DNA from: Schmidtea polychroa
Lineage: Eukaryota
DNA length: 64,000 nucleotides
NCBI GenBank assembly: GCA_044892525.1
Contig: CM097885.1
Coordinates: 33,482,001 to 33,546,000, forward strand
Direction of reading: 5' to 3'
Shown here: piece by piece, positions 1 to 14,383 of the stretch
Layout of the letters: each line of letters opens with the position of its first letter
How positions within the stretch are numbered: the first letter of the stretch is position 1
The notes under the pieces: model-generated
Told to the model about the DNA's origin: nothing
The model's input: the letters and a program-made list of their open reading frames with translations, nothing else
Databases searched by the model: none
Position numbers and translations under genes: made by a program

Positions 1-1809
1 CCAATATTGTTTTATGTTGTATAATATCTATTATCTTGTTTACTTCTGACATTTTCCTTGACAAGTTCTTATTCACCAACATTGAAAGGACTATGAATTA
101 TATTTTCTTGATGATTTTTATTGACTATAAACTATAAACTAATTTGATATTATATAGTATTTCATTTTTTCTCGATTCTTTACAACTAGTTTCTAGACTA
201 ATAGTAAAATGCTCTTTGCACAGTTTTTTTCCATTAACTACTTTAGCTGGAATGATTTTTAATCCAGATTTTCTAATTCAAAGAAAAACTTATTTATTCT
301 TTTTCTGTGGTCCTCGGTTGATTTTGAAAAAAATCAGAATATCGTTGTAATAGACTAATGCTTCATTCTACATCGTATCTAAAATTAACAGTGTCATAAC
401 TTTTTAGAGCATTGATTGTGCAATAAATATGCTAAAAGCCATCTAATTAAAGCAAAATTGATTGTGTCTTGTAGAAAATGCTGTTTTTAATTTACATTTC
501 TAGTCCAGATTGTTGAATAGTTATTTATCGTTTGCCTGAATATTACTGCTAGTCTGAATCACATATCTTGACCAAATAATACTAACTCAATTCAAACAAC
601 TTTTCTTAATATCACAGTTCACAAATTATTATACAAATGCAATTCTCACAAAACTCACCTCTCAGGTAAGATATTTGCTTTTATTTATATTTATTTACAC
701 TAAATATTTATTTTTATTATATTTGTAACATTTATCTTTAAAAAATATAAAAACAGAATTGCCTCCTGTTTTAGGATATTCTGTAATTCCTAAATACATC
801 AAAGTTCAGCAAATATAAAGCCTCGCATTTTTCCAAATACGATTTTACCTGTACTGGTCATATTATTCAAGTTTAGTTTTTATCAATACCTATATTTACT
901 AACATTATAATAATTTATGTATATTTAAAAATTATATCAATTTATTTATATTTAAATTATTATTTAATTATTTTACAAAAGACAAAAAAAGTTTGTTCTG
1001 TAATATACAAAAAGTGTTAGAACCTAAAATTCCCGATAAATTGTAAAATCAATTTAATCATTCATGAATATCTTCGTCACACATATTCGTAGAGAATCAT
1101 TGCAAGTGCCAACTTCAAAATTTATTATAGTAAAAAATGTATTATATGAAGTTTTAATTTATGAATTATTCAAAACTTCACACTGGTATCAAAAGAAAAA
1201 TATAAATATACCGAGGTAAAATGATTAATTACTATTTTAATAAGTTGAAAATATTTCAATATGTATAATAATACTAATTTAATAATTTATATTTATCACT
1301 TTTTTAATGTTTTTGATTACACTTTTATTTAATTAACCACATTATTTCATTTTTACCAATTTATCCATACTATTCCCCTATTTAAACCAATAACTCATGA
1401 AACACATAGTCAACCCTCCACAGATATTTACATTAAAATACAAAGTGATAATTCGTTTTTTCAGTCAATTAATGTGACACTGTCTTTAAATAACGTCGAA
1501 GTATTAACTTCAAATTGTCAACGAGCGCTTTTCTAGACAAAGGCGGGATCTCATATACATTAACCAAAATTTTATTTTCTAATAAACGTGATATCCAAAG
1601 TGCAAAAGAATAAATGATTATGCCATTACTACCAAAAGAAATTTTACAAATATTAGGTAATATGAATCTTTTATGCATCCGAATCCGCACCATAGGACAA
1701 ATTGAAAACGTTTATGACTGATTTTTAAAGACAGAAGACGAATTATACAATTCTTACTTCCATGCCCGATCACTAGGCAAACTGTTCTTATGTCAATTTA
1801 TAACTAAAA

Positions 1810-2062
1810 CAATGCTTCTCAAACTTTTTTGTGTCGCGGACCGGTAATTTTTTCCTAATCCAAAAACATAAATTTTAATTAGTAATATTTATTAAAAAAG
1901 TAACAAATAAACAATATAAAAAAATTATTAACGAATAAACTAATGTGAACGATGTGCTTTTTGTGCTATTGTAAATATTTTAACGCTAAAATATAAAATA
2001 AAAATTTTATAAAAATGTTCTGCGGACCGGTCACACGCGGACCACCACTTTGAGAAGCATTG
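1810..2062. mobile_element. hAT (Charlie/Buster-type) MITE
   Basis: Perfect 14-bp TIR CAATGCTTCTCAAA ... TTTGAGAAGCATTG. Subterminal GCGGACCGG repeats at both ends. Flanks aactaaaa/cactagat are a decayed 8-bp TSD (5/8) with central TA. Confidence 0.8.
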
Positions 2063-4000
2063 CACTAGATGACTTAAATCGTGTTTATCTAGGAATCACT
2101 GTTGAATCTCTTATCATTCTTAAGTTTGTTATCAGTCTTATCATCTACAGTCCGTTCAATTCTTTCAGGTTTTGATAAAACTTATATCGTAGACTTTGTT
2201 GCGATAGCCGACAAAATGACGCTTAATATTCTAGAACTGTTGAATACATCAATAAACCGCATAGATTTACTCATAGCGTATATGATAAAAACTTTATCAG
2301 ATTAAGTCACATCTTTACAATTAGATGTGTCTTCATATCGAAGACCAAGAACCTCTACCAAAAAAAAACGATAATAATGTGTTCAAGGTCAGCATCACTC
2401 AATTAGCAAACTTAAACAACTAAATTATTGATAATTCAGAAATACTTTAATTTCTATTTCGCAAATATTAAACATCTGTAAAGTTTATAATATGCTAAAT
2501 TAATTGAATAAAACTTAAAATATATATTTCTTTTTAAAATTAGAAAATTAAATGATATGTTCCAATTCCAAGTTCTGCTAAATTGTTAGCCGAATAAACT
2601 AAAATTCACATCTAATACACCATTTCCAAATTCAATCTGCTATAAGCAGGAAGTTCTGTGCACTGTCCAATGAAAGCAGACATACTTACTTGGAACATCC
2701 AATTAAAATCACGGGGAAAAGTCGAAATGCATCCAGTTCTATCCACAAACCGCCATGATGAAAAATGAGTACAAAATTTTGAGTTAATTGCGTATTGGTA
2801 TGCCACCACAAAAATATTACGTCAGTATTATGTATAAATTGTCTACTTATAGCTGATTCAATTTGGAAGTTGTGTACTTTTAATAAGCAATTGAAATTTG
2901 TTGAATGAAGACTTCATTTGTAAGTTTCTGATCAAGTTTAATGATAATTATTTTGTGAGCACTATATAAGAGTATGAGATAATAAAGTTGGATTATTGTA
3001 GCGGAAAATGAAAAGATATCTTTATTCTTCATACTAATTCTTGTGAATCTTGAACGCAGTAGGTTCTGTGGTTAATCAACTTTCTTATTTGGTTCTATTC
3101 AAGCTGAACAGTACCAAGGATACTCGTGGTGGGTATATGTTGGTCAGATTGTATTATGATTGGAATATGAATGCTTTAGTTAAGCTATGGTAATGACGCC
3201 AGTGTTTATGCACTTAAAGTTTTGATATCAGAAGTAGGTGACAGCCACATCTTCATTAAAGAAAACATTGAATTTCTTCTTTTATAGATTAGTTTAAAAA
3301 CTATATCAAATTTAAACTTATTATTTGAAACTCACAGTAAAACAGAAATATTATTTTCAGTCAGCCTACTTTTAATAGAATATAAGGAATAGTACAATCA
3401 TGAAGTACATAGGTCACATAAACTATTTTGCTATATTGAATATATATTGAAGATTAAAATATAATATAATTTTAATAATATTATTTCAATATTAATTTAA
3501 TAATTTAAACCATTAAAATTAAATACTAAACGTAACGATTAAAAGAAAAATGCTTTTAAGCAGCATGAGACCTATTGTGACACATGAACATAATATCTCA
3601 TTTCCATGATACAACAGTTAAGGATTCTCTTTAAAAATGTAATTTGATTACAAATTATTTACATTTCTTCTTACTGAAAATATACACTAAGCTAAAGCCC
3701 AAGGGTGTGAATTATATATTCTGCGAGTTTTTTTGCAAAAGTTTTAATTCTCATTTATTTTGTAAAGATATTTGAGTAAAAAATATTAATGAATTATATA
3801 AAATATTTACCAATTTTTAAATAAATAGATAAAATCATTTATTCATAATTGTCATATTTATATTTTAATATATATTATCTTCATTTGTTTATTGTACCAA
3901 TGTTCTATAACTTTTGAGGGCCATGTCCAGAAAAAAGAAAAAAAATTATTTTATCGAATTTATTTAAATTAATTTTAATTAAAAAAATAATGCAAAGTAA

Positions 4001-4158
4001 TTAAGCAAAATTTCTATCTCTTTTTTGGCAAATTAATCAATCATATCATTGTTATCAATTGTTATGGCTGTCCAATTTTCAATCGTCAGTATTGCTAATC
4101 CAGAAAGTCTTTCCATTGAAATTGTAGACCGTAGATAATTTTCAATGAACTTTAGTTT
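4001..4158 (-). pseudogene. hAT transposase C-terminal dimerisation-domain fragment (Tip100/ZMYM1-like)
   Basis: Manual translation KLKFIENYLRSTISMERLSGLAILTIENWTAITIDNNDMID*FAKKRDRNFA matches the hATC pattern KL..IKNYLRST.SQERL.GLA.L.IE; one internal stop. Confidence 0.7.
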
Positions 4159-6052
4159 TGTAGTGTATTTAACATGTGAGGGCACAGTGTAATTGCCTTT
4201 GTTGCATATGCGACGGTATGACGCTGGTTTATAAGCTATAAATCAATATTTATTTTTAATAAATTTTTGGCATTTAGCAATCACTGGAAAATTTCTTTTC
4301 CAAAAATTACCATTAAAAAATAAAAATATTGATCTATAGAAAAATGAAGATAGAAGAAATTGAAAAAATATTAAAAAAATATATAAATAAATGGGAATAA
4401 TAATTTTGTTTTTATCAAAAATAATAAACTGTTTCAGGCTGTAGATAAATCATAAAAAGTTTTATCAAATATTGTAAGCATTTATTCTAATAAAATGATA
4501 GTAATATATAATTGAGTATTATAACTGTAATGGAATAATTATTTATTTATTACTCTCTGGGGGTCTATTGAAAGCCTTATTATATTTATCAATATTTCAC
4601 AGCAGTTATTAAATATTAAAGCATTTCCAAGCAAGCGTAATATTTTGTAATATTTTTCAAAATTTTCATTCAGCGTTTCAGTGGTTAATATATGTTTAAT
4701 TGCTTTTATTTACATTATTTCTTTATTAAAAATTTAAAAAATTGAGCTTTTATTAATTTTTAAATTATTTATTATTTATAAAGATTCTTTACAAGTTGTA
4801 TAAATTTCCAATTATTGCTTTTCATAATTTAAAATATTTTTTTATATGACTCACAATATAATTTCTGCAAAAAGTAGAATTTTTATTATTTCCCAAAAAG
4901 GACTAATGGATACCTTGGTATTTGTTTTGTATCCTCTAAAAAATATAGGTAAATACCAAAAAGAACCGCATTTGAAAATTATTTCATGAATTCATCATAA
5001 AATTTTAATTAATTAATTAATTAATAGTTTACTTAATTTCTTGTTGAGATTCAGAAAACAAAATTCATATCTTAGCAAGCAGGTAATTGAAATTTGAAAA
5101 AGAAAATAAGCAATGCAGATATAATATAAAATCAACTTGGTTTTACAGAAAAATATCAGGAAAATAGAAATAAACCACAATTAAAGATGAGAAAGCTGTA
5201 AAAATGCTTAAAAAGGCAGTTGATTGTTATTTTTGGTCGAAGCCAAACACATTGTGCTTTTTTAATTAGAATTGAAAATTCGACTCGGAAAAGACGTTTA
5301 AATTTTCTAATCATGGACAACTTTCAAATTTTTGGAAATCGTTGAGCCTATCTAAATTTTCTTTTCAGCAAAGATTTTCAATGTCTTTCGTAAATCTGAT
5401 CAGCGTTCTTCGCTTACTTGAAGTTTTTCGAATACTTGTTTATATAGGAGCATTAGTCAAATTATTTACTTTACAATTTTTTACTACACTGGAATGTGAT
5501 CTCTACATTTCCCTCGCTTGATTTTATCTTATCTAAAAACATTTGGCATTCCCATCAACCGCATTGGCCAATTCAGAAATAATCAAGAGTTTCACATTAA
5601 TAGTCAATGTAAATACCAGAGAAAGTTGAACTGGATTAATGGCTCTGAAAGCTATATCCAAATAAGGCAGTTGGATAGATACCTCTGATCTGAGTCTTGT
5701 TCAGATTCGCAACCAGAACTGTTCATTCTTTCGGTATTCTCTCATAACTTTGTGGAGTGCGTATCCTCCATTGGTTTTAGAATATGTTTTTAGAGAATGG
5801 AAAAAACAAAACAGGATTAAACTTGGAAAAGTTATTTTATTAAAAATATTTACCTTCAGATTACTAATACATAATAAAAAGAACTCTTAAATTTAGAAGC
5901 ATTAAACAATTGTCATTATTCACAAAATTCCAAATAGTGTAGGTCTGCGTAAAACAAGAAATTAACAAAATTTGGAGAGAGTATCAAAGCTTTTTGAATG
6001 ATTTTTCAACATATATATATATATATATGTATATATGAATTTGTTTAAATAA

Positions 6053-8090
6053 ATGAGTTCGATATCTACAAAATCGCTAATGGAATTCCTACCGAAATCA
6101 TGCCAAGACATGCTCACACTGAACATCAAACGATATGACGGCGAAGTTGAAAAGTAGCCGAAGAATGGATTAGGGATATAGAGGAATGACTGCTTACAAA
6201 TTGACAGCGATTGACAAGCACTTTCGATGTGTTATTGATGGCAGAAGCAAAGAAATTGTAGGGAAACGTCACAGAAACAGAAACAACAGATGTGAAAGCC
6301 AAAGCGTGGTTCTTACATACTTTCACAATTACAAAATCAATAACTGACAAAAATCAGAGAATTGGCAGCTATGGAACAGGAAGATGATGAAAGGTTTGCA
6401 GCTTTTGAGATACATCTAAGGAAAGCTTTAGCTGAAGTTGTAAATTCAGGACGATCAGAAGAAGGTATTGTTCAACACCTCATCGCAAATAAAGCACGCG
6501 ATGCGAGACTGTGGGAGATACTATTAACGAAACCAGAAACAAAAATTGAAGAAACTAAATCATTGGCGAAGATATTTGAAAGTAACAAAAATGGAAACAA
6601 TGAAACTGAATTTTTTAAAGCAATCGGTCAAAGAACATAAGCAAGCGTTACTGAGGGAGGGCAGATGAAAATTCAAAAGAATACCCAAGATACCATGCCT
6701 ACATCACCACAAAGAAGACTAACAGAAGACTCATCTAGTCACCACAGATCAAGAAGTGACGAACATCCTATACGTGAACCAATACGATACGAATGAAATT
6801 ACCATGATCGTCGAAAACAATCTCCAAGAGAACAAATCTTGAGAAATGCGAGAATCCCGAATAGCTCAGAAAGGAAGCTACCAACAATATCCATGAAGAA
6901 TATAGCAAGGAGGCTATACAACGAAAGTAGAGGACTACCACGAGTATCGGTCTCAAAATTAACGGTAGGTGATTGTTTTTGCTGTGGCGAAAGGGGACAC
7001 AGAAGATATGTGTCCACTGGAAAATAAATGTCTGATATGTGGCAAGGAAGGACACGGGTTGTGAGATTGTTTTTCGTTACGGAAGGAGGTTCCACGCCGA
7101 TATCAAAAAATAGCGTGCATAGAAGAAGAAGATTCAAAATCTGAAAGAAGAGATTACACCGAGAACAGCCAGGATTTCAGAATGGCTCATAGCGATATGG
7201 AAGATAGATACAATGTCCCTGAGAAATATACTATAGTGAGAGAAGACGGAAAAACATCAGCGACTCCATGGGTTTCATTTCGTCGGTGGAGTCAAGACAA
7301 TAAATTGTGAAAGAAGTGATGAACGACGAAGAGACTAGGCAGAAGAAGAGATGTACCAGGCGGAAGATGGAAGAAATTGGATTAAAATAATGTTGAATGA
7401 TGCCGAAGCAGAGATTATCAAGTAAAGTTGGCTCAAGAAATTCAAGAAATGACTGCATTCAGTTCAAGAGAAGGACAATTTTGCTTCAATAGACTACCGT
7501 TTGGCTTATCAACAGCCCCTGTGACATTCCAGAGACTGATGCACACAGTGCCAGAAGGAATGCTATTCAAGGAAGTAGTAGTTTTCTAGATGATATCTTG
7601 ATATATGGTCAAAGTCAAAAAGACCACGATGAGCTATGAAGTGAAATATTCAAAAGAATTCAAATGGCAGGACTGAAGATAAATCCAGAAAAATGCAAAT
7701 TCAATAAAACAGCATTGTGTTTCCTTGGTCACAGAGTTAATGAGAAGGGTATCCAGACAAACAGAAAGAAAGTTGAAGAGATTGAGAAAGCAGAAGTACG
7801 AAAATGTTTAAAACAATTGAGATCGTTTCTCGGATTATTAACGAATTTCTATAGAAGATTTATCAAAAAATATGACAAAATCGCCGAACCATTTCATTCT
7901 GTAACATCTGGATGTGATAAAGAGATAAATTGGACTAAAGTATGCAATGATAGCTTCCAAACTCTGAAGAGATGGTTGTGCGAGGCACCTATCCTTGATT
8001 TTCCAATAGAAGATATGACTTTTATCCTAAACACATACGCTAGTTTTGGAGCCATTTGTGCAGTTTTGAGTCAAATTACAGAAGATATTA
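6053..8090 (+). mobile_element. Degenerate Ty3/Gypsy LTR-retrotransposon internal region (gag with zinc knuckles, RT, start of RNase H)
   Basis: Gag fragments (ORF 6362-6640). Two CCHC-like knuckles at ~6970-7070 (CFCCGERGH..., CLICGKEGH..DC, frameshifted). RT motifs TAFSSREGQFCFNRLPFGLSTAPVTFQRLM and LDDILIYG at ~7450-7610. ORF 7664-8101 has GLKINPEKC..FLGH..LRSFLGL..FYRRFI..APIL. Many frameshifts; no integrase or LTR pair seen. Confidence 0.9.
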
Positions 8091-8245
8091 CGTCTGATTG
8101 ACAGATGTGTCGATTTGGAATTAATTCAATGAGAAGTGACAAATTGAATGCTCTCGAATGTTATATGGAATTTCCGCTAATACTGATAATCAACTATTTT
8201 TCGGATTCTTATGAACGATTGAATATTATATACAGGATTCCTCGT
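8084..8245 (+). repeat. Dispersed repeat, copy 1 (second copy inverted at 32038-32183)
   Basis: ATATTACGTCTGATTG...AAATTGAATGCTCTCGAATGTT...TTCGGATTCTTATGAACGATTG is near-identical to the reverse complement of 32038-32183. It starts where the Gypsy pol homology stops. Confidence 0.85.
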
Positions 8246-8999
8246 CACCTTCTCTAACCAGGAAATTTTTATGAATATATACTGAAGACTCTATGATCTT
8301 GTCTTTCCCTCGGTTCTTTCATGGGTAATTGTCAACCAAGAGCATCAAAGTGTAATTACGCAGATATTCTATATCGAAATGACTTAAACAAATCACAGTC
8401 CTAAAATCTATCTGGTTCTTCTGTGCGATTTTGATAGGATTAATATGATGATGAAACCTAGCTCACTGATCGAGAGCATTGCTGAACGATATTCCTATGC
8501 TTAAGAAATTGATTCGACACAAAAATTAGAGATAGTTGGTTAACGACGATGCAACACCTTAATCATTGTGAATCACATTTGCCTTGGAGCGAGCTACAAT
8601 CCAATTTCATCTCAACACTCAAAACGGTTTTTTCCTGTGGCGACAGACTAGCTTGATCAATCCGCATGGCACTGAAACTCCAGCCGACCAACTGGCAAGA
8701 GGAACAATAAATGCCCCTCAAACTGTGGCCTTTTGGGTGCCAGTGTCACAATCTTCATAAAAGTGAATGATAAATATCATTATGAATAAATATATTACTA
8801 GTTATTTTCTTTTACTGATCATCAATAAAATTATATTTAATATTCGTACTTTAATGATTAAAAATTTTTCTTATTTAATTACCAATCGGAAAGCGAAAAG
8901 CGAACCATTTTTAATAAAAATATTTAATTACTAGTGTCGTTACAAAATTACAAAAACTAAAAATTAGCTACAAATGATAATAAAAATTTACTAAATATT

Positions 9000-9998
9000 G
9001 AAACTGGTTTTCTCCAAAATTAATTCTTTAGGATGATTTTCCAAATGGTAGATGAATGCTGATTTGATGAATCGGTTTGAGTCCACGGGTGATTTTTTGA
9101 GTAATTTACCTATAGTCGTTTAGTTTTAATATTAACTGACTACATTTTATGCGGTCCTTATATAATTAACTTACACCTTTTTGGACCATTCAAAATAGAG
9201 TGATCGTTATTTAATTAAATTTATTTACAATAAATGTGCTATTGTTAATTTTGTCTTCCTTTTACTGATTTTCTTTCTATTATTTTAATTTTTAAAATAT
9301 TTTTATTAAACTGGAAAATTTTGTGTTTTTCGTTCTATTTTTATATGAATTCTGATTGTGAGGTGTTTTCAGCTGAGAATTAAATATTTCAATGATTTAT
9401 TAAAATAATTTTAAATGATAAATAATTGACAATTTAAAATAACTTTTAAAGCATTTTTAAATTGAATTTTTTGAATTGAAATTTCTAAATTTTTAAATTA
9501 AAAAAGCTTTTATTAGTAAACTATTTTTAAATAAATATATTTTAAATATCAAAATTTTAATAAATGGTTTTTAAAATATTTTATTCAAAGCTGAAAATTT
9601 GTTTAGAAATTATACAATATTTCATTAAATAAATACTTTGAATTATGACTTTAACTTTTGAACCGGATTTAAAAAATAATTTAGAAGATGTCTTAGCAGC
9701 TTCTAAAATGTCGACCACGTCTATTGATTTCTTCATAAAGAAGCTATTTCCAATTTTGTTTTAATTATAGGTTTTATTTTTCTTATATTTTATTCCGTTA
9801 TTGTTTTTATTTTAATTTTATTTATTTTCAAGTTATTTTTGATTTTTAAAGATACTTTTTATTGTTTCCTATTGCTTTTCTCTTTTGATTTACCTATGCT
9901 ATCTTATCTTTTGTCTTAGTCCTACTTTTTAGTCCAACATAAGTCATTTTTTAGCTTCTTGAGTAGGCTTCAGTTCTAGCTTCAGTTCTAACCCAACA
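9000..9998 (-). mobile_element. LTR-like terminus/U3 fragment related to the ends at 23320 and 25503
   Basis: Shares the terminus CAGTTCTA(A/G)CCCAACA, read TGTTGGG... on the minus strand. Minus strand is A-rich, with TATATAA at ~9158-9164 followed ~25 nt later by TCAGTT (Inr-like). Left boundary uncertain. Confidence 0.5.
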
Positions 9999-10204
9999 AT
10001 AAATTTGTTGTCAGTATTATGAAGTTATGATTACGTTGTGATACTATTTTGAGCAAAATAAGCATATACTTGAAGTAGGTAGCGTATTTGTGAAAGAATT
10101 TTCATGGAATATAATTTTGATGCAAAATTGATACAAAATCTTGTAGTATCTCTTTCTATATGTATAAATAAATATATCTAAGTTTAAATTTATATAGTCT
10201 AAAG

Positions 10205-12719
10205 CAGTCTTTCTCAAAATGGCCGAAAAAATGGGGGGGGCGTTGACGTGGGTTAAGAGGGCGATGGTAAATTTGTAATTTCATTTACTTTATATTCTAA
10301 ATTTCACTAAAATTAAAACCTACCTACTACACAATTACGAATAACTAGTTTATATTTCTACCATGTATGATGTTATAAAAACTTAAAATACTTATCATAG
10401 ATTTTGTAGGATAGCCCGCACGCCGTACCCAGTCAAGTTATAACAAATTTCTGTTAAATAACGCTATTGGAGCAATCCGGTAGCAATCGGCTGGTTCTTC
10501 GATACTTGTCCTAACTTGCTCAGTACGGTTTGAGCGTCGAAAGAGATAAACGAATTGGTACGTGTTTGTCATATTCCTGTCGGTACTTGCTGTATTTAAA
10601 TCCTATATAAAAGCTCTTAATTTTTCTTATATTTTCATTAGTGGTTTCGCGCACTATCTTTAAACAAGTATTTAAGTTCAACACTTTATTTACATATTTT
10701 TGAAAACAAAGCCATGTCGGAAGCAAAAAAGAAGAAACGTCAATACAGTGCAGAATATATTAAATATGGATTCATAGAAAATTCGATAAACCCATCTTTG
10801 CCCCTGTGTCTTCTTTGTTCAAAAACATTTTCAAACGAAGCGTTGAAGCATTCAAGATCTTTTGAATAAAATGCATCCAGATAGGAAGGACAAAAATGTA
10901 GCCTACTTTCAAGTTCTGGAAGAGAAGCAAAATGTTCAGCCAACTGTATTGAAACTCTTTTCGATGGCTTCTAAGCAAGACGATGACGGACTTCGAGCTT
11001 CATTCAATATCTCTCTGTTAATTGCTCAAACAGGTAAACCACACACCATCGGAGAAAAGTTAACTTTGCCGGCGATAAAAGAACTTATAACTACTGAGCA
11101 CCATAAACCGGCGGCAGATATAATTCGAAAAATTTCTTTGAGCAATAGTTCTGTGCAAAGAAGAATTGATGAAATGGCTGAAAACATTAAAGAGTCATTG
11201 TGCAATCATCTGAAGACTAGTCAATTTTCAATTCAGTTGGATGAGTCCACTTTACCAACTAATAAACATTGTTGTTGTCTTACGTGAGGTTATTAAAGAT
11301 GAAAAAATATGTCAGGAACTTTCATTTGCTAGAAATTTAGAGACAGACACAAAGGAGAAACCGTATTTAAACACTGGAAAGATTTTGTGATGAAAAAGGA
11401 ATTCCCTTGAAAAATATTATATCAGCTTCTACAGATGGTGAGTCAGCTATGACGTGGTGTCAAAAAGGCTTCATATCGTATCTTAAAATCAAAATTCCTA
11501 ATGTGCTTGCTGTACATTGTGTTATACATCGACAACATTTCAATAATTGCAACATGTCATCAGAGCAATCAATAAAATCCGAAACAACAATTTAAATGAC
11601 AGATTATTTAATCATCTTTGTGTCGCTAATGATGAAGATTTCAACAGATTGATCCGAAGTGAACACCGAAGTGCGTTGGCTATCAAAAGGAAATTGTCTA
11701 ACTCGTTTTTACAATCTGTTTGACTCTGTCATAGAGTTCTTAGAAAACAAAGACACAGAATTGTGCGAAAACCTCAGCATTTCAAAGAATGATATCGCAT
11801 ACCTGACAGACCTTTATACAATGCTCAATGATATGAATCTCCAACTTCAAGGCGATGATTTGAACTTAATAAAAACAAAATATGTCGTTGCTGCTTTCGT
11901 AGCCAAGCTGCTCTTACATAAGAAGGATATCGGCAGACGTGAGTTCCGTAATTTTCCCAATTTATCAGTATCCTGCAACAACGACGACTTTCTCGTATAC
12001 TGCCAACATTTAGAAAAATCTTCATTGAAAGATTCCATGACATTTTGAAATTGGAAATACCAAACTGGGTGTTAGATCCTTTTTCAAATGTCAACATTGC
12101 AATATCACCCCAGCTGGAAGAAAAACTTAGAGTTGACAATGAAGGAGTAAATAAAAATCAAATTCGAAAATGGCTACCAACAATTTTGGCTACAAAAGTC
12201 AATTCCGCAGTTGTATCATGGATTGTGGTCGATCATTCAACGATTTTTGATAGCATTCCCATCGTCATATTTGTGCGAACGTGGATTTAGCGCTGTGACA
12301 ACGCTGATTACTAAAAAGAGAAATCATTTGCAAGTTACCAAACGCGGCGACTTCCGACTGTTTTTGAGTAAATTCGAACCTTATATCAACAAATTTGTTA
12401 AAAATCATCAAATTCATCATCTCATTAGATTAGTTTAAAAAATAAAACTTATTACCTATCTGTATTGTTTCTATCACTTTGATTAAAATATATTATTAAT
12501 ATTATAAAGTTGCATTTTAATTGCTCTCACTGATAAAAATTTCTAGTTTAGAATGTAAGTTTAAACACCAGAACCGACTAATATAGCATACTATAACTAA
12601 ATGAACTAAAGTAATGAAATTATGGTTTTTAAGTTTTAGGAGTGTATAAAAAATGGGGGCGCTGAAAAATAATTGATTTTCAAAGGGGGCGGTAAAAGAA
12701 ATAAGTTTGATAATCTATG
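10205..12719 (+). mobile_element. Full-length hAT element, Buster/Charlie subfamily
   Basis: Perfect 8-bp TSD GTCTAAAG (10197-10204 and 12720-12727) with the central TA typical of Buster elements. Imperfect TIRs CAGTCTTTCTCAAA / TTTGATAATCTATG. GGGGGCG subterminal motifs. Confidence 0.92.
10714..12438 (+). pseudogene. Frameshifted Buster-type transposase (ZBED5/ZBED8/SCAND3-like family)
   Basis: Begins MSEAKKKKRQYSAEYIKYGF..PLCLLC. ORF pieces carry KPHTIGE, SLSNSSVQRRI, FSIQLDEST, STDG, HCVIHRQH, EVRWLSKG, IAYLTD, LQLQG and FPSSYLCERGFS, split by several frameshifts. Confidence 0.92.
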
Positions 12720-12937
12720 GTCTAAAGGTAATATATAAATCCGTATAATATATTAATGATTAACTTGCAAAATATTTATTAGGCTTTGTTTGACTAAATA
12801 ATTTTTAAACATTTTATTTGTATTTTATTTAAAATAGCTTTGTATTATTAGAATTTAATATCTTATCAAATTAAAAATTAAAAATCTTTTTGTTTCTTAT
12901 AATTTTAAAATAAGAAATCTAAATAATAATCCTAATT

Positions 12938-13448
12938 ATGTGGCATAGTTTTAAAATTGGAGAATGCTTTGAAAATCTTAATTTATACGAGAAAAGAAAT
13001 ACTATTGCTTCTATATTTTCTGGTTTGCTTTTTTTCCTAGGATGGTGGTTAGCAATCGGTGCATCAGCAGTTTATCCTAAACAAGAAGAGATGCATCATG
13101 CTATTCATACCTGTGGTGTATTTGGTACGGTTGCATTTTTTATGATAAATATCGTTTCAAATGCTCAGGTTATAATAAATTTTTAGCCGCACTTTATTGA
13201 TTAAATAGCTTAGAGGTGATTCTTTATATGAAGGTGGATGCATTGGACAAACTGGTGCTCGAATCTGGATATTTATTGGATTTCTATTGAGTTTTAGTAG
13301 TTTAATAGCGAGTTTGTATATTTTATTTGGAATATATGTGGTACCGAAAAAGGTACCTGTAAATCCCGGAGTTTTAATTTTTATTCAGAATCTTTTCATA
13401 TTTGTTTCTGCCTACATTTTAAGATTCGGAAGAGTTGATGAAAATTGA
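12938..13448 (+). CDS. TMEM50: Transmembrane protein 50 (UPF0220/Vps68 family), 156 aa; join(12938..13168,13209..13448)
   Basis: Exon 1 has [39 protein letters not shown] 40-nt GT-AG intron follows (13169-13208). Exon 2 reads [25 protein letters not shown]...[21 protein letters not shown]. Matches animal TMEM50A/B along its length. Confidence 0.95.
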
Positions 13449-14383
13449 TTGTCTATATCGCTTGGTATTCTGTAAAGATTATGTATTATCACAAAAATGA
13501 TTTATTAAAATATAATCTGTTGCGTTTTATTTCATTATTTATATAAAATCGATTATCTAGTAAACCAATTACGTCTTAGAATTGATAATTTCAGATATCG
13601 AAACATTCATCAGATAAATTTACGACGGAAGTTTATAAAATCGAATTCAGTCGAATTGATTATTGTAAGAAATGTTCAACATTTTGAACTGGGCCGAATC
13701 AATGTGAACCCCGTTAAGAAAATTTTACGAATTATCATTTAGTTTTTGTTGATAACTTAATTTGTGTCTGTCTTATATATCCATTGTAAATTAAAATTTG
13801 TGTTATTGAATTTTATAGTTTTCTATGGAGTAGATAGTCATCTGATAAAAATTCGTAATAGGACCTTGTATGTTGACATAGAAATGACTGAGGTTATCGA
13901 AATTAACGTATTGTAGACGTCAGTCCTTCGAACGGCCGTCCAGAACCTGAAAAGGAATGGCATGAGGAAGTACCTACTAACGCAGGCGCTCACCTGCCTC
14001 ATGTTTTCCGCCGACATTGCTCAGTTCCAACGTGAACCATCTTCATGGGTGCGTTGTCGTGAAGCAACAGTCATTTAGCGTGTTGTGAGAATCTGATCTT
14101 TACCATCAACTTAACAGTAGAGCCATCGATTTTTCTGTCCAGTTGGATTAGTTTGTTTAAATTCACGAAACTCCATCAATAACAGTTTGATCATTTCGAT
14201 ATTCTGTTTATCGATGTTTTTACATGTTTCAATTTTATGTCAACTTCACGCTATGTTAGCATGCTATTTTTACGTATTTCTATCGCAATTCACTATTCGT
14301 TTTGGGCCAAATATCATATTTTCCCCAACAATATTAAGCCAAATTTATACAATCTGGTGTTGGCGCTCAGGGGTGTGTCATTC

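Noticed and set aside
5240..5775. Possible hAT/Ac transposase N-terminal remnant on the minus strand
   Set aside because: Only faint hints (NAKC, FPSR) across several frames; not enough to call.
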